Under the pieces are notes generated by a model, which saw only the letters and a program-made list of their open reading frames with translations, was not told the origin of the DNA and searched no databases. DNA of 64,000 bases. Source: Candidatus Altimarinota bacterium (GTDB taxonomy: Bacteria; Patescibacteriota; Gracilibacteria; 1-14-2-50-48-13). The stretch's first letter is position 1. Each line of letters starts with the position of its first letter. Location of the stretch: the NCBI GenBank assembly GCA_046314355.1, contig JBKBWQ010000001.1:256001-320000 (forward strand). Direction: 5' to 3'. This document shows positions 52,078-61,426 of the stretch, one piece after another. Made by a program: the position numbers and the translations under genes.

Positions 52078-53418
52078 ATGGATAATCTCCGAATACCGCC
52101 GCATAGTCAGGAAGCAGAAAAAAGTGTACTTGGTGCCTGTCTTTTAGATAAGGAAGCAATTTTTAAAATTGCAGACCTTCTACAGCCCTCAGACTTTTAT
52201 GAAAGTATGCATTCCGATATATATGAAGGAATGGTAGCTCTTTTTCATACACACAGACCAATCGATGTGATTACTGTTTCAGATTGGCTGAAAGATCACA
52301 ATCTGCTTGATAAAGTCGGAGGTCCTGCCTATATCACACAGCTTTCCTTTGAATGTCCGAGTTCGGCAAATGTATTTCAGTATGCGAATATTGTAAAATC
52401 TAAATCAGTACTGAGAAACCTTTTAAGATGCGGACAGGAAATTACTGCTTATTCCTTTGAAACAGACAAAGAACTGACTGAGGTTCTTGAAAAAGCTGAA
52501 AAAAGCCTCTTCGGAGTTACACAGACCTTTGTTAAGAAAAACTTTGTACATATTAGAGATATCCTTAATAAAAGATATGAGGAGTTTTGTGAGCTTCATG
52601 ATTCAGATGATAAGACAAAGATGCGTGGAATATCATATGGATTTAGTAACCTTGATCATTATACCCAAGGTCTAAAACCTGGAGAGCTTATTATTATTGC
52701 GGCCAGACCATCTATGGGTAAATCTGCATTTGCACTTAATATTGTGCAGAACTTTGCAATTCAGCAGAAAAAGATTGTAGGGTTCTTTTCATTAGAGATG
52801 CCGAAAGAACAGCTAGTAGATCGACTTTTTTCTTCCCATCTGCAAGTAGATGCTTATAAACTGCAGAAAGGTCTTCTTGATGACAGGGACTTTGAAAGAA
52901 TGGGTGAAGCTATGCAGCAGCTCTCAGAAGCTCAGATATTTTTTGATGATACAGGAGGTCTAACCTCCGCAGAGCTAAAATCAAAAGCACGAAGACTACA
53001 AATGGAGCAAGGTATAGATTTGATAGTTATCGACTACCTCCAGCTTATGAGCGGAAATAATCCTCTCAACCGTGTACAGGAAATTTCAGAAATATCACGA
53101 TCCCTCAAGATGCTTGCCTCTGAGCTGCAAGTACCAGTAATTGCACTTTCTCAGTTATCACGAAGCGTAGAGCAGCGTCCAAATAAGCAGCCTCAGCTAT
53201 CTGACCTTCGAGAATCAGGATCAATCGAGCAGGACGCCGATGTAGTACTCATGCTTTACCGTGAATCCTACTATGAACCAGATACGGAACGTCAGGATAG
53301 AGCAGATATCTTCATCAAGAAAAACCGAAATGGTCCTGTAGGACAAATAGAACTTATCTTCAAACTGGAACAAGGGCGATTCATGGTTCCTGAAACACGC
53401 TTTGAGTTTACTGAATAA
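52078..53418 (+). CDS. dnaB: Replicative DNA helicase
   Basis: PPHSQEAE, AARPSMGKS, IDYLQL, LSQLSR, SDLRESGSIEQDAD, KNRNGP; no intein. Confidence 0.98.
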   Translation: MDNLRIPPHSQEAEKSVLGACLLDKEAIFKIADLLQPSDFYESMHSDIYEGMVALFHTHRPIDVITVSDWLKDHNLLDKVGGPAYITQLSFECPSSANVFQYANIVKSKSVLRNLLRCGQEITAYSFETDKELTEVLEKAEKSLFGVTQTFVKKNFVHIRDILNKRYEEFCELHDSDDKTKMRGISYGFSNLDHYTQGLKPGELIIIAARPSMGKSAFALNIVQNFAIQQKKIVGFFSLEMPKEQLVDRLFSSHLQVDAYKLQKGLLDDRDFERMGEAMQQLSEAQIFFDDTGGLTSAELKSKARRLQMEQGIDLIVIDYLQLMSGNNPLNRVQEISEISRSLKMLASELQVPVIALSQLSRSVEQRPNKQPQLSDLRESGSIEQDADVVLMLYRESYYEPDTERQDRADIFIKKNRNGPVGQIELIFKLEQGRFMVPETRFEFTE

Positions 53419-53426
53419 ATATTACT

Positions 53427-54968
53427 ATGAAATACGCACTCCTTCTCACAAGTTTCTTCCTAGCTTTTTCTCTTCAGGCAAGCCCCATATTGGCTCAAGA
53501 TATCGCTCCTACAGTATCTACCATTGATCTGCAAAACAGCATATCGCCAATTATTACCGGGAAGTCAGAAATCGAGATTGGTAAGCGTCTCTATCTGGAT
53601 GCTGGAAGCTCCTCAGTACCACAGAATACACCACTACAGTATATATGGACGATTAATGATCAAAGTACACAGGAAGGTAAAGAGACCTTTTATACTTTTG
53701 ATACGCCAGGAGAATATACAATAAGTCTGACAATCAAGAGTGATACGGCATCGAAGACAGTTATGCGAAAAATATTTGTCTATAGAGAGATGGTCTCATT
53801 TCTATACAATGGTCCTCTTGCATCTTTTACGAGCAACATACAATCTGCTCAAGAACTAGCAAAAAATAATGGTATTTTTCTAAATCTCATTCAAGGAGAT
53901 GATGGTAGTCCTATCTTAACAGAAGATGCAGTCTACAGAGCACTTTCAGGAAAGCTTGATTCTGTTAAGAACTCACAAACGCTTATTGCAGGACCGTATC
54001 CTACAGATGTATTGCCAGCACTGAATAAGCTTGGATATGATCAGGATAGTGAAGGCACTCATGTGATAATACTTACAACAAATGAACCAATTTGGTTATT
54101 TAATAATGTTATTGCAAGGTTATCGCGTCTAGTAGATGCAAAAGAATTGATCCTTATTCAGCAGGACCCGTTTGCTGTACTGAACTTCTTTTTACAGAGT
54201 ACTGACATAGAGCATTTTAAACAAAAGTTGCCAGAAAAAGATTATGCAATTATCTCAAAAAATACTTCACCGGGAATGAGATGGGCCTTATTATCTCAGG
54301 GACTGAATAAGGCTATTGAAAATGGGATACCAGCATCAGTACTTTCATTTTTACTGATAGTTCCATTAATTCTTACATGGATTGCTTTTTTCAAACAGGT
54401 AATCGGTATTGAAACATTCGGTCTATTAAAAACACTTATCCTTGTACTTTCCTTCTATATTCTAGGAATTAAGTATGGGAGTTTCATACTACTCTACGTC
54501 ATTCTTATGGGAGTACTTATACGAATAGTACTTTCAAAATTCACGCTTTTTTATATACCAAAAGTAACACTAACACTTTCTTTTGCTACACTAGCCGTAC
54601 TTGGATTAATTATTATCGGCTCATACTTCAATCTTACATTCGGTATAGATACATCTAGCGGACAAAGAGCACTGCTCTCATTAGTACCTATGCTTTTGAT
54701 TGCTTTTCAGGCAGATACACTTTCGTATCATATCTTTACAAAGAATTCCAATTACAAAGAACTGCTGATTCTACTTGCTACATACTTTGAGGTGGTTATT
54801 GCCTTTGGAATAGCCAGGATAGATTATCTTAGATATATACTTTTTGCATTACCTGAACTTATTATTATCGTATTTATACTACAATTCCTTATCTCTCGCT
54901 ACACTGGATTAAGAGCGATAGAAGTATTCCGTTTCAGAGAACTTCTTTTACAAGATCTTGAAGAATAA
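53427..54968 (+). CDS. Secreted PKD-domain plus 7TM membrane protein (7TM type that accompanies RimK-related ATP-grasp ligases)
   Basis: Signal peptide; PKD motifs LDAGSS, YIWT, YTFDTPGEYTISLTI; QVIGIETFG; terminal SRYTGLRAIEVFRFREL. Confidence 0.85.
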   Translation: MKYALLLTSFFLAFSLQASPILAQDIAPTVSTIDLQNSISPIITGKSEIEIGKRLYLDAGSSSVPQNTPLQYIWTINDQSTQEGKETFYTFDTPGEYTISLTIKSDTASKTVMRKIFVYREMVSFLYNGPLASFTSNIQSAQELAKNNGIFLNLIQGDDGSPILTEDAVYRALSGKLDSVKNSQTLIAGPYPTDVLPALNKLGYDQDSEGTHVIILTTNEPIWLFNNVIARLSRLVDAKELILIQQDPFAVLNFFLQSTDIEHFKQKLPEKDYAIISKNTSPGMRWALLSQGLNKAIENGIPASVLSFLLIVPLILTWIAFFKQVIGIETFGLLKTLILVLSFYILGIKYGSFILLYVILMGVLIRIVLSKFTLFYIPKVTLTLSFATLAVLGLIIIGSYFNLTFGIDTSSGQRALLSLVPMLLIAFQADTLSYHIFTKNSNYKELLILLATYFEVVIAFGIARIDYLRYILFALPELIIIVFILQFLISRYTGLRAIEVFRFRELLLQDLEE

Positions 54969-54971
54969 TCT

Positions 54972-57410
54972 ATGGCAAATTTTTCTGACATATTGGGTAT
55001 TAACGCTAGACATCTTCTTTTTATAAAAAAATATAATCCGGATGATGCTATTATATTTGCCGATAATAAACTTAAGACAAAGAGGTTTCTTGAAGCAAGA
55101 GGTGTCCCGGTACCAAAACTTGCAGGCACAATAAGGAATTTTACTGAGCTTGATAATTTTCCATTACCAACATTACCAGGACAAATAGTAATCAAGCCTA
55201 ATGCAAGTTCAGGAGGTCAGGGGATTATTGTACTTGGCGAAAAAAATTCTACAGGCTGGAAAAAAAGTAGCGGTGAAGATATTTCGCTGCAGGAGGTAAG
55301 AAGACATATTCATGATATCCTTTCTGGTGCGTATTCAAAAAATGGACAGAGCGATATCTGTCTTATTGAAAAGAGAATCATCAGTCATGAAAAGTTAGCG
55401 GCTATTTCCTATAAGGGACTTCCTGATATACGAATCATCGTATTCAATATGGTTCCTGTAATGGCTATGCTCCGTCTCCCTACAATTCTTTCCGACGGAA
55501 AGGCAAACATGCATCAGGGAGGTATTGGAGCAGGGATAGATATTGCGAAAGGAGAAATTACATACCTTTCACAATTTAATAAAATCATCGATGACATCCC
55601 AGGAATTGGTGATGTACGCGGATATAAGATTCCTTATTGGGATAAAATTCTCCAGATGGCGGTAAAAAGCCAGATGATTACCGGAGTGGGATACTTGGGT
55701 GTGGATATCGCACTTGATAGAAATGGACCTATGGTTCTTGAAATGAATGCGCGGGCAGGTCTAGGCATCCAGTTAGCTAATATGGCACCGCTTCGGAAAA
55801 GATTAAATATGGTTGAGAAACTTAAAGTAAAATCCATAGAAAAGGGAATCAGAATTGCAAAAGATCTTTTCGGAAGACAAATAGATCGTGATATTGAGCA
55901 GGTTTCAGGAAAAACAGTTATCGGAACGAGAGAAATAGTTACTCTTTATTTTAAGGAAGGACCAAAAGAAATACTTGGTAAAATTAACCCCTCAATCCAG
56001 GAAAATTATATTGATCGCCAGCTTTTTGAAGAGCTTATTGCAAAAAAACCCTATCTACAACAAGGTGATGACTCAATTCGGCTAAAATATAAACTCACTG
56101 ATGAGAAAACGAAAAGTATTTTTAAACCTTTAGATTTAGGAGATAAAAAGTATCAATTAATTTTGGGAAGAAAAGAACTTAAGAGCCTTTTGATAGACCC
56201 GTATAAATATAAGTTCAATGAGATTCCATATAAACCCGCATTAAATTTATTATTACCTGAAAAAACAGAGGAAGCTGAGCGTAACGCACTTATCAAAAAA
56301 TGGTTTGAAGTAGATCAGTCGCTTGCACGTATTGAAAGAAATTTACAGGTAAAATTTTCTCTTTTTCCACTCAATTATCAAACTGAGATGGAAAAATTCA
56401 TCGAATGTGAGGGACAATATAATCCATTTTTCATCTATAAAAATGACCCCGAAAGCTACGAACATATAAAAAATGATCTTGATGCAGTACATATTAATAC
56501 TCAGGAGTTTCAGGGACATATCTTTGCAGCAAAGAAGAACGAACTATTTACAAAACTTGAAATGTTTCACTGTATGGCAAAGGATGCTCATGAATTTACC
56601 AGATTATCTGAGGAACTCTATATCACATGTGATCCTGTTCTTTTTGAAGCGGCAGAAGCAGAAATTGTACGGAAAAAAGAAACTTTAGGATTTTTGATCC
56701 CGAAAGAGGAAACTTATGGATTAGAAGAAATTAAAAATGAGATTACTGCACTTTTTAAAAAATATAAACTTACTAAATGGAATATAAAAGTTCGTAATCA
56801 CGCTAGTTCACGTATAAGCGTAAGCAAATCAAAAAAACGCATTCTCTATCTAGCATCTGATATAGAAATAGAAAAACACCTCCTCCCACAAGTACTTGCA
56901 CATGAAGTAGAAACGCATGTACTACGTCTGGAAAATGCTCTTCAACAGCCATATGAGATATTTAGAACAGGTTTTGCAAACTATCTTGAAACAGAAGAAG
57001 GACTTGCTATCTATAACCAAGCATGCAAAAGCGACGTGGTATCACTAAAGGATTTCACGGCAGCAATCAATTATGTAAAAACATATAATATTCTGAATAA
57101 AAGTTTTGAAGAAGCTGCACATGGATATCTGCAGTCAAGAAATAAGGCGGAACTACTCAATTATGAAATGTATCAGAGTATATTTAAAAGTATTTTAAGA
57201 GTGAAGAGAGGACTTGGAGATACATCGCATCATGGTGGATATGCAAAAGATCTTGTATACTTTGCTGGATATAGAAAAATTGTGGACTTCGTTGAGTCAG
57301 GAGGAAATATAAAAAATTTGTATTTTGGAAAAATATCTCTACAATCTCTAGATGATGTTACCTTCATGCAGGAGCTCAAAGAACCGAAAATATTACCTGA
57401 TTTCTATTAA
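54972..57410 (+). CDS. Tri-domain fusion: alpha-L-glutamate-ligase-like ATP-grasp, inactive RimK-associated aspartic-protease domain, DUF1704 (MATCAP-like) metallocarboxypeptidase
   Basis: ILGINAR, DNKLKTK, VIKPNASSGGQGI, GLPDIRII, ANMHQGG, LEMNARAGL; middle VIGTRE...KINPS...ILGRKEL...IDP; AHEVETH, ETEEGLA, RVKRG, AKDLVY. Confidence 0.85.
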   Translation: MANFSDILGINARHLLFIKKYNPDDAIIFADNKLKTKRFLEARGVPVPKLAGTIRNFTELDNFPLPTLPGQIVIKPNASSGGQGIIVLGEKNSTGWKKSSGEDISLQEVRRHIHDILSGAYSKNGQSDICLIEKRIISHEKLAAISYKGLPDIRIIVFNMVPVMAMLRLPTILSDGKANMHQGGIGAGIDIAKGEITYLSQFNKIIDDIPGIGDVRGYKIPYWDKILQMAVKSQMITGVGYLGVDIALDRNGPMVLEMNARAGLGIQLANMAPLRKRLNMVEKLKVKSIEKGIRIAKDLFGRQIDRDIEQVSGKTVIGTREIVTLYFKEGPKEILGKINPSIQENYIDRQLFEELIAKKPYLQQGDDSIRLKYKLTDEKTKSIFKPLDLGDKKYQLILGRKELKSLLIDPYKYKFNEIPYKPALNLLLPEKTEEAERNALIKKWFEVDQSLARIERNLQVKFSLFPLNYQTEMEKFIECEGQYNPFFIYKNDPESYEHIKNDLDAVHINTQEFQGHIFAAKKNELFTKLEMFHCMAKDAHEFTRLSEELYITCDPVLFEAAEAEIVRKKETLGFLIPKEETYGLEEIKNEITALFKKYKLTKWNIKVRNHASSRISVSKSKKRILYLASDIEIEKHLLPQVLAHEVETHVLRLENALQQPYEIFRTGFANYLETEEGLAIYNQACKSDVVSLKDFTAAINYVKTYNILNKSFEEAAHGYLQSRNKAELLNYEMYQSIFKSILRVKRGLGDTSHHGGYAKDLVYFAGYRKIVDFVESGGNIKNLYFGKISLQSLDDVTFMQELKEPKILPDFY

Positions 57411-57418
57411 CTATTCCT

Positions 57419-58081
57419 ATGATCATTTTCGATAATGTTACAAAAAAATTTGGGAGTAGAGCAATACTAGATTCTTTCAGTCTTCAGATCCAGGCCGCAG
57501 AGTTTGTTGCTATAATGGGACACTCTGGAGCAGGTAAATCTACAATGATCAATCTGCTGATAGGTCATCAGCGTCCCACAAGTGGTCAAATAATGATTGA
57601 CGGGGTACATATTGAAAACATGGATTTTAATATGCGACAGCTTTACCGCCGAAAGATTGGTATTGTCTTTCAGGATTATAAACTCTTACCAAAAAAGACA
57701 GTGTATGAGAATGTATCCTTTGCTATGGAAGTATGCGGAAATACTGATGAGGAAATACAAAAGAGAGTACCTGAAATACTCCACCAGGTTGGTCTTCTAG
57801 CAAGACAAGAACAGTATCCTGATGAACTCTCAGGTGGTGAACAGCAAAGATGTGCTATAGCTCGTGCATTAGTACATAATCCAAATCTTTTAATTGCAGA
57901 TGAGCCGACAGGAAATCTTGATCAGGAAACAGCAAAAGATATTATTAAGCTTTTGAGTGATATTAACAAAAACGGCACAACTATCATTATGACTACACAT
58001 AATCCAAAGCTTCTAGAGAACCTTACGTATAGACTTGTAGAACTGCATGAGGGGAAGCTGAAAGAATCAACGCATCATTAA
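57419..58081 (+). CDS. ftsE: FtsE-type ABC ATPase
   Basis: GHSGAGKST, IGIVFQDYKLL, LSGGEQQR, IADEPTGNLD; no ftsX follows. Confidence 0.85.
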   Translation: MIIFDNVTKKFGSRAILDSFSLQIQAAEFVAIMGHSGAGKSTMINLLIGHQRPTSGQIMIDGVHIENMDFNMRQLYRRKIGIVFQDYKLLPKKTVYENVSFAMEVCGNTDEEIQKRVPEILHQVGLLARQEQYPDELSGGEQQRCAIARALVHNPNLLIADEPTGNLDQETAKDIIKLLSDINKNGTTIIMTTHNPKLLENLTYRLVELHEGKLKESTHH

Positions 58082-59412
58082 TACTCCGAAATACTATTTA
58101 TAAACTGTAGTACTTTCGTGTGATTTGGATTAGTATAATCGTATTTCCCAATAGTTAAGTCAGGGAAGGGAAAATGGTTATGATAGTATTCTTCGTAATA
58201 ACTCCATGTAGAGATATTGCCCAGAGTATAAATCATATCTTTAGTAAAACAAAACCCTTCGGAAAGCCCTGAAGTACCTCTAAAGGTTCTTGTGGTTCTT
58301 GTCCAGGCAAGATCTACTGCTGTTTGCTTTGCAGTTTCAAGAGCAACACCATGAAGTAGTTCAAAATAGAAATAGAAATCATAGGAAAAATTAAAAATCT
58401 CTCGAAAATTTCTTTTTTTTCCAACCATTCCTTTTGTAAAAGCGATTGAAAGGTATCTATCAATTCCAAATAATAGAGCACAGTCTTCATTAAAAACCTG
58501 TTCCCATACTGTAGTAGGTCCTTCAGATACTTTTTCAAAATTGGCGAATCCTTTACCTAAAAGCATTATTCTCGAATTCAGTCCTTTAATTGCCTGCTGA
58601 ACATGGTATCCAAGTTCATGAATAAGCAATTCCGAAAGCCGGTGAAAATCTACAGTTTTCGTAGTAGGAATCACTACCTCTTTAAGGTTATGGTCTACTG
58701 CAATACTATCAAGACTTTTCTCACGCAGTACGATTGAGTAGAGATTTTTTGTATCTATAAGAGATCTATACTCTTCAAATACGGCAGCAATCTCTTCTGC
58801 AGTGAATATATCTTTCTCCTTATATTTTTGAAGAATATTTAATGCATCCTGAAATTGTGTGTAACAATTATTTTTTGTCCAAAGCATACACTCTTGGGAC
58901 GGAAGGAAAGGATTTTGTTCTTTTCCGCTTTTTTCTAAATATTGTAATAATTTTTCAGAACCATGATTTGCCTCTTTCTTAGATATGAATTCATTTAAAT
59001 TGTCCATCAGGTGCATGGTAGTTTCTCTTTCAGGAGCTCCATAGAGCTTTTCCGACAAGATCTGTACTTTTTCTTCATTGCCTTCGGAGACGGCATTTAA
59101 AAAACTTATTATGATCTGTTGTTCTTCTATTTTATTACAATATATTTCTTTTATTATTGAATGATATGACGATTCTTCAATGGATTTGCTAAAATCTGTA
59201 AGTTTTAATGCTGTTTTTGATAAATGCTCTTTATCAATAAATGGGTAAAGAAAAGTAGGATTTTCAATCTTTCCAGCCAGAAACAGTTGTTTCTGATTTT
59301 TCCAGTAGTCTGCATCACTTTCTAAAAGTGACAGAATACGAATATCTGCAACTTCTTTTTGAAATCGCAGAAATAGTTCATGATCAAGAGCAGTGACATT
59401 TTTACTAGGCAT
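58078..59412 (-). CDS. DUF1704/MATCAP-like metallocarboxypeptidase, paralog A
   Basis: NPTFLYP, IHELGYH, VSEG, RTFRGT, FTKDMIY, GKYD. Confidence 0.8.
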   Translation of the reverse strand: MPSKNVTALDHELFLRFQKEVADIRILSLLESDADYWKNQKQLFLAGKIENPTFLYPFIDKEHLSKTALKLTDFSKSIEESSYHSIIKEIYCNKIEEQQIIISFLNAVSEGNEEKVQILSEKLYGAPERETTMHLMDNLNEFISKKEANHGSEKLLQYLEKSGKEQNPFLPSQECMLWTKNNCYTQFQDALNILQKYKEKDIFTAEEIAAVFEEYRSLIDTKNLYSIVLREKSLDSIAVDHNLKEVVIPTTKTVDFHRLSELLIHELGYHVQQAIKGLNSRIMLLGKGFANFEKVSEGPTTVWEQVFNEDCALLFGIDRYLSIAFTKGMVGKKRNFREIFNFSYDFYFYFELLHGVALETAKQTAVDLAWTRTTRTFRGTSGLSEGFCFTKDMIYTLGNISTWSYYEEYYHNHFPFPDLTIGKYDYTNPNHTKVLQFINSISEY

Positions 59413-59475
59413 TCATCTATGGTTATACTTACTATGATTTAAGATAGCCTGATATGTGTAACAGTCAAGAATACG

Positions 59476-59507
59476 AAAAAAAAGGAGATATTTGAAATAT
59501 CTCCTTT
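59476..59507 (-). terminator. Intrinsic terminator between the DUF1704 paralogs
   Basis: aaaggagatatt/aatatctccttt with T-tract on the minus strand. Confidence 0.8.
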
Positions 59508-59521
59508 AATACTTTTTTTAT

Positions 59522-60895
59522 TTATTCTTCTTCTTCACCGTCACAGTCTGCAAAAAAATCATATTTTGCTTTTGGTACAATATTTGTAATCTCATTTATT
59601 ACTTTCATATGATCCATGTTTGTTGGGTCATATTTACCTATAAATAGATTAGGTAAATCCTGACCTAATTCATACATTTTGGTCATATATTGCCATATAC
59701 GGATGTTTCCATCCCTATAGCAAATATCCTTTGTAAATGCATTACCTGCGGAACAGTCAGTTCCACGAAACGTACGTATACATCTGTTCCACGCATCATT
59801 ATTAGCTTTCTCTTCTGATTCAGAAAGTGATTTACCTTTCTTAGTTGCTTCATACTGATATAAAGTTTTCAGAATGTTAAACACCTGTCTAAAATCTCTT
59901 TCAACGCCATCTAATCCTAAAGCAGCGCCGATGGAAAGATAAGCTTCGGGACGACCGAAGTCTTTCACTTTTCCATCATAACTCTGTTCCCAGACAGTGG
60001 TGAGGCCTTCTTCACCTTGAAGATAACCACTTAATCCTAAACCAAGTAATTTAAGGTTAGAACCTTCACCATTTTCACGACGTTGGACATGAGTACCAAT
60101 CTCATGACCAATGAGTTTTTCTAATTTTTCCCCAGTTACCTCACGGCTAGCAGGAATATTAACTGTCTTTTTTTCCTGTGATACTGATATTGCAGTTTTA
60201 CTGCTTTCAGTAATCTCAATTTTAAACTCACCGCTAGCACCAACATTGTTAAGAGCTTTTTCAAAAAATTCCTTTATCTCAGGAGCGTTATACTTAGATT
60301 TAGAATCAATTATAATGCCATGAAACAAACTTTTAAACTGTTTCATGAATTGCTCTTTCGTCCAAGCCACAACTTCTTTAGATGGAAGGGAAATATTAAA
60401 TGCATGATTCCCTGCCTGTGGTAAAATCTCAAGCAGTTTTTTAGCTGCAATTCCGATATCTCCATCTACGGAGATATTTGCTTCTGCATCCTTTCTTATT
60501 TCAGATAAAGTGTAGAAGTAAATATCAGTATCCGGTATACCGTTTACATCTGCATTAAATGCTTCAAATAAATTCATATCTCCATCTAGTACGGCATCCA
60601 GCAAAGAAAGTTCATTGAGTTTTTCGATAATCTTTACTGTGTAAGCTTCTCTGTATACTTCAGGTAAATCTGAAGTATCAATTGCTTTCAGTGCATTAGC
60701 TTTAGATTCAATATTCTCTCGTGTAATTAATGGATAATCCAATCTAGGATTTTCAATTTTATAAGAGAGAAATAAAGCTTTCTGTTCATCTCTATAGGCC
60801 TTATCACCATCTAAAGATTCGTAAGCTTCAAATGAACCTGCCGAAGCAAAACTTGCATAAATAGCTAAATCAACAGCTGAATTATTTTGTACCAT
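59522..60895 (-). CDS. DUF1704/MATCAP-like metallocarboxypeptidase, paralog B
   Basis: NPRLDYP, GHEIGTH, GEEGL, RTFRGT, FTKDICY, GKYDP; strong AGGAGG SD; ends ...DGEEEE. Confidence 0.85.
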   Translation of the reverse strand: MVQNNSAVDLAIYASFASAGSFEAYESLDGDKAYRDEQKALFLSYKIENPRLDYPLITRENIESKANALKAIDTSDLPEVYREAYTVKIIEKLNELSLLDAVLDGDMNLFEAFNADVNGIPDTDIYFYTLSEIRKDAEANISVDGDIGIAAKKLLEILPQAGNHAFNISLPSKEVVAWTKEQFMKQFKSLFHGIIIDSKSKYNAPEIKEFFEKALNNVGASGEFKIEITESSKTAISVSQEKKTVNIPASREVTGEKLEKLIGHEIGTHVQRRENGEGSNLKLLGLGLSGYLQGEEGLTTVWEQSYDGKVKDFGRPEAYLSIGAALGLDGVERDFRQVFNILKTLYQYEATKKGKSLSESEEKANNDAWNRCIRTFRGTDCSAGNAFTKDICYRDGNIRIWQYMTKMYELGQDLPNLFIGKYDPTNMDHMKVINEITNIVPKAKYDFFADCDGEEEE

Positions 60896-60980
60896 TGTGG
60901 TACCTCCTAGTTTTTAAATATCAATAACAACAAGCAATTTATACAATATATTTTAATAAAGTCAATATTACTATTACAAT

Positions 60981-61014
60981 AAAAAAGAGTACCTCCTAAG
61001 AAGTACTCTTTTTT
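60981..61014 (-). terminator. Intrinsic terminator
   Basis: Minus strand aaaaagagtacttc-ttag-gaggtactctttttt. Confidence 0.8.
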
Positions 61015-61021
61015 ATATCTA

Positions 61022-61288
61022 TTATTCAGCTTTTGCCTTAGTAGCTTTCTCAGCCTTTACTTCTTTAGTAATCTTAAACTCTTCCTTCATTTTTGCAGTA
61101 TTGAAACCATACTTCTGCATTCGAAGCTCAATCTTTGCTACTGCATTGCTAAGCCATTTAGTATGACCTTCTTTCTGGATTCTTTCTCCAAGTTTCTTAA
61201 GAATTTTTACACTAGCATCCATTTTAGAAGTATTGCTAGGACCTTTCTTATTTACCTTATAAATTTGGCGGGCTTTACCTGATTGCAC
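61022..61288 (-). CDS. Small highly basic protein (88 aa from GTG 61288, or 66 aa from ATG 61222)
   Basis: Lys/Arg-rich, AAG/GAG-rich codons like fusA and rpsA, own terminator; family not recognised. Confidence 0.65.
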   Translation of the reverse strand: MQSGKARQIYKVNKKGPSNTSKMDASVKILKKLGERIQKEGHTKWLSNAVAKIELRMQKYGFNTAKMKEEFKITKEVKAEKATKAKAE

Positions 61289-61426
61289 GGTGTCGTTCAG
61301 TGAAAATATAAAAATTCGTCGGAACAAATGTGAGGAAACTATACTAAAAGAAACAGCTAAGCGCAAGAGAATTTGAGTAGAATACTTATAATTATCTAAA
61401 GAAATGATAAGTATTAGTAAGGGAAT

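Noticed and set aside
61022-61366. Ribosomal protein S20, or the 114-aa version of this ORF
   Set aside because: S20 motifs (N.KSA.KR, HKN.AAR.KS) are absent; the longer start runs through promoter-like sequence
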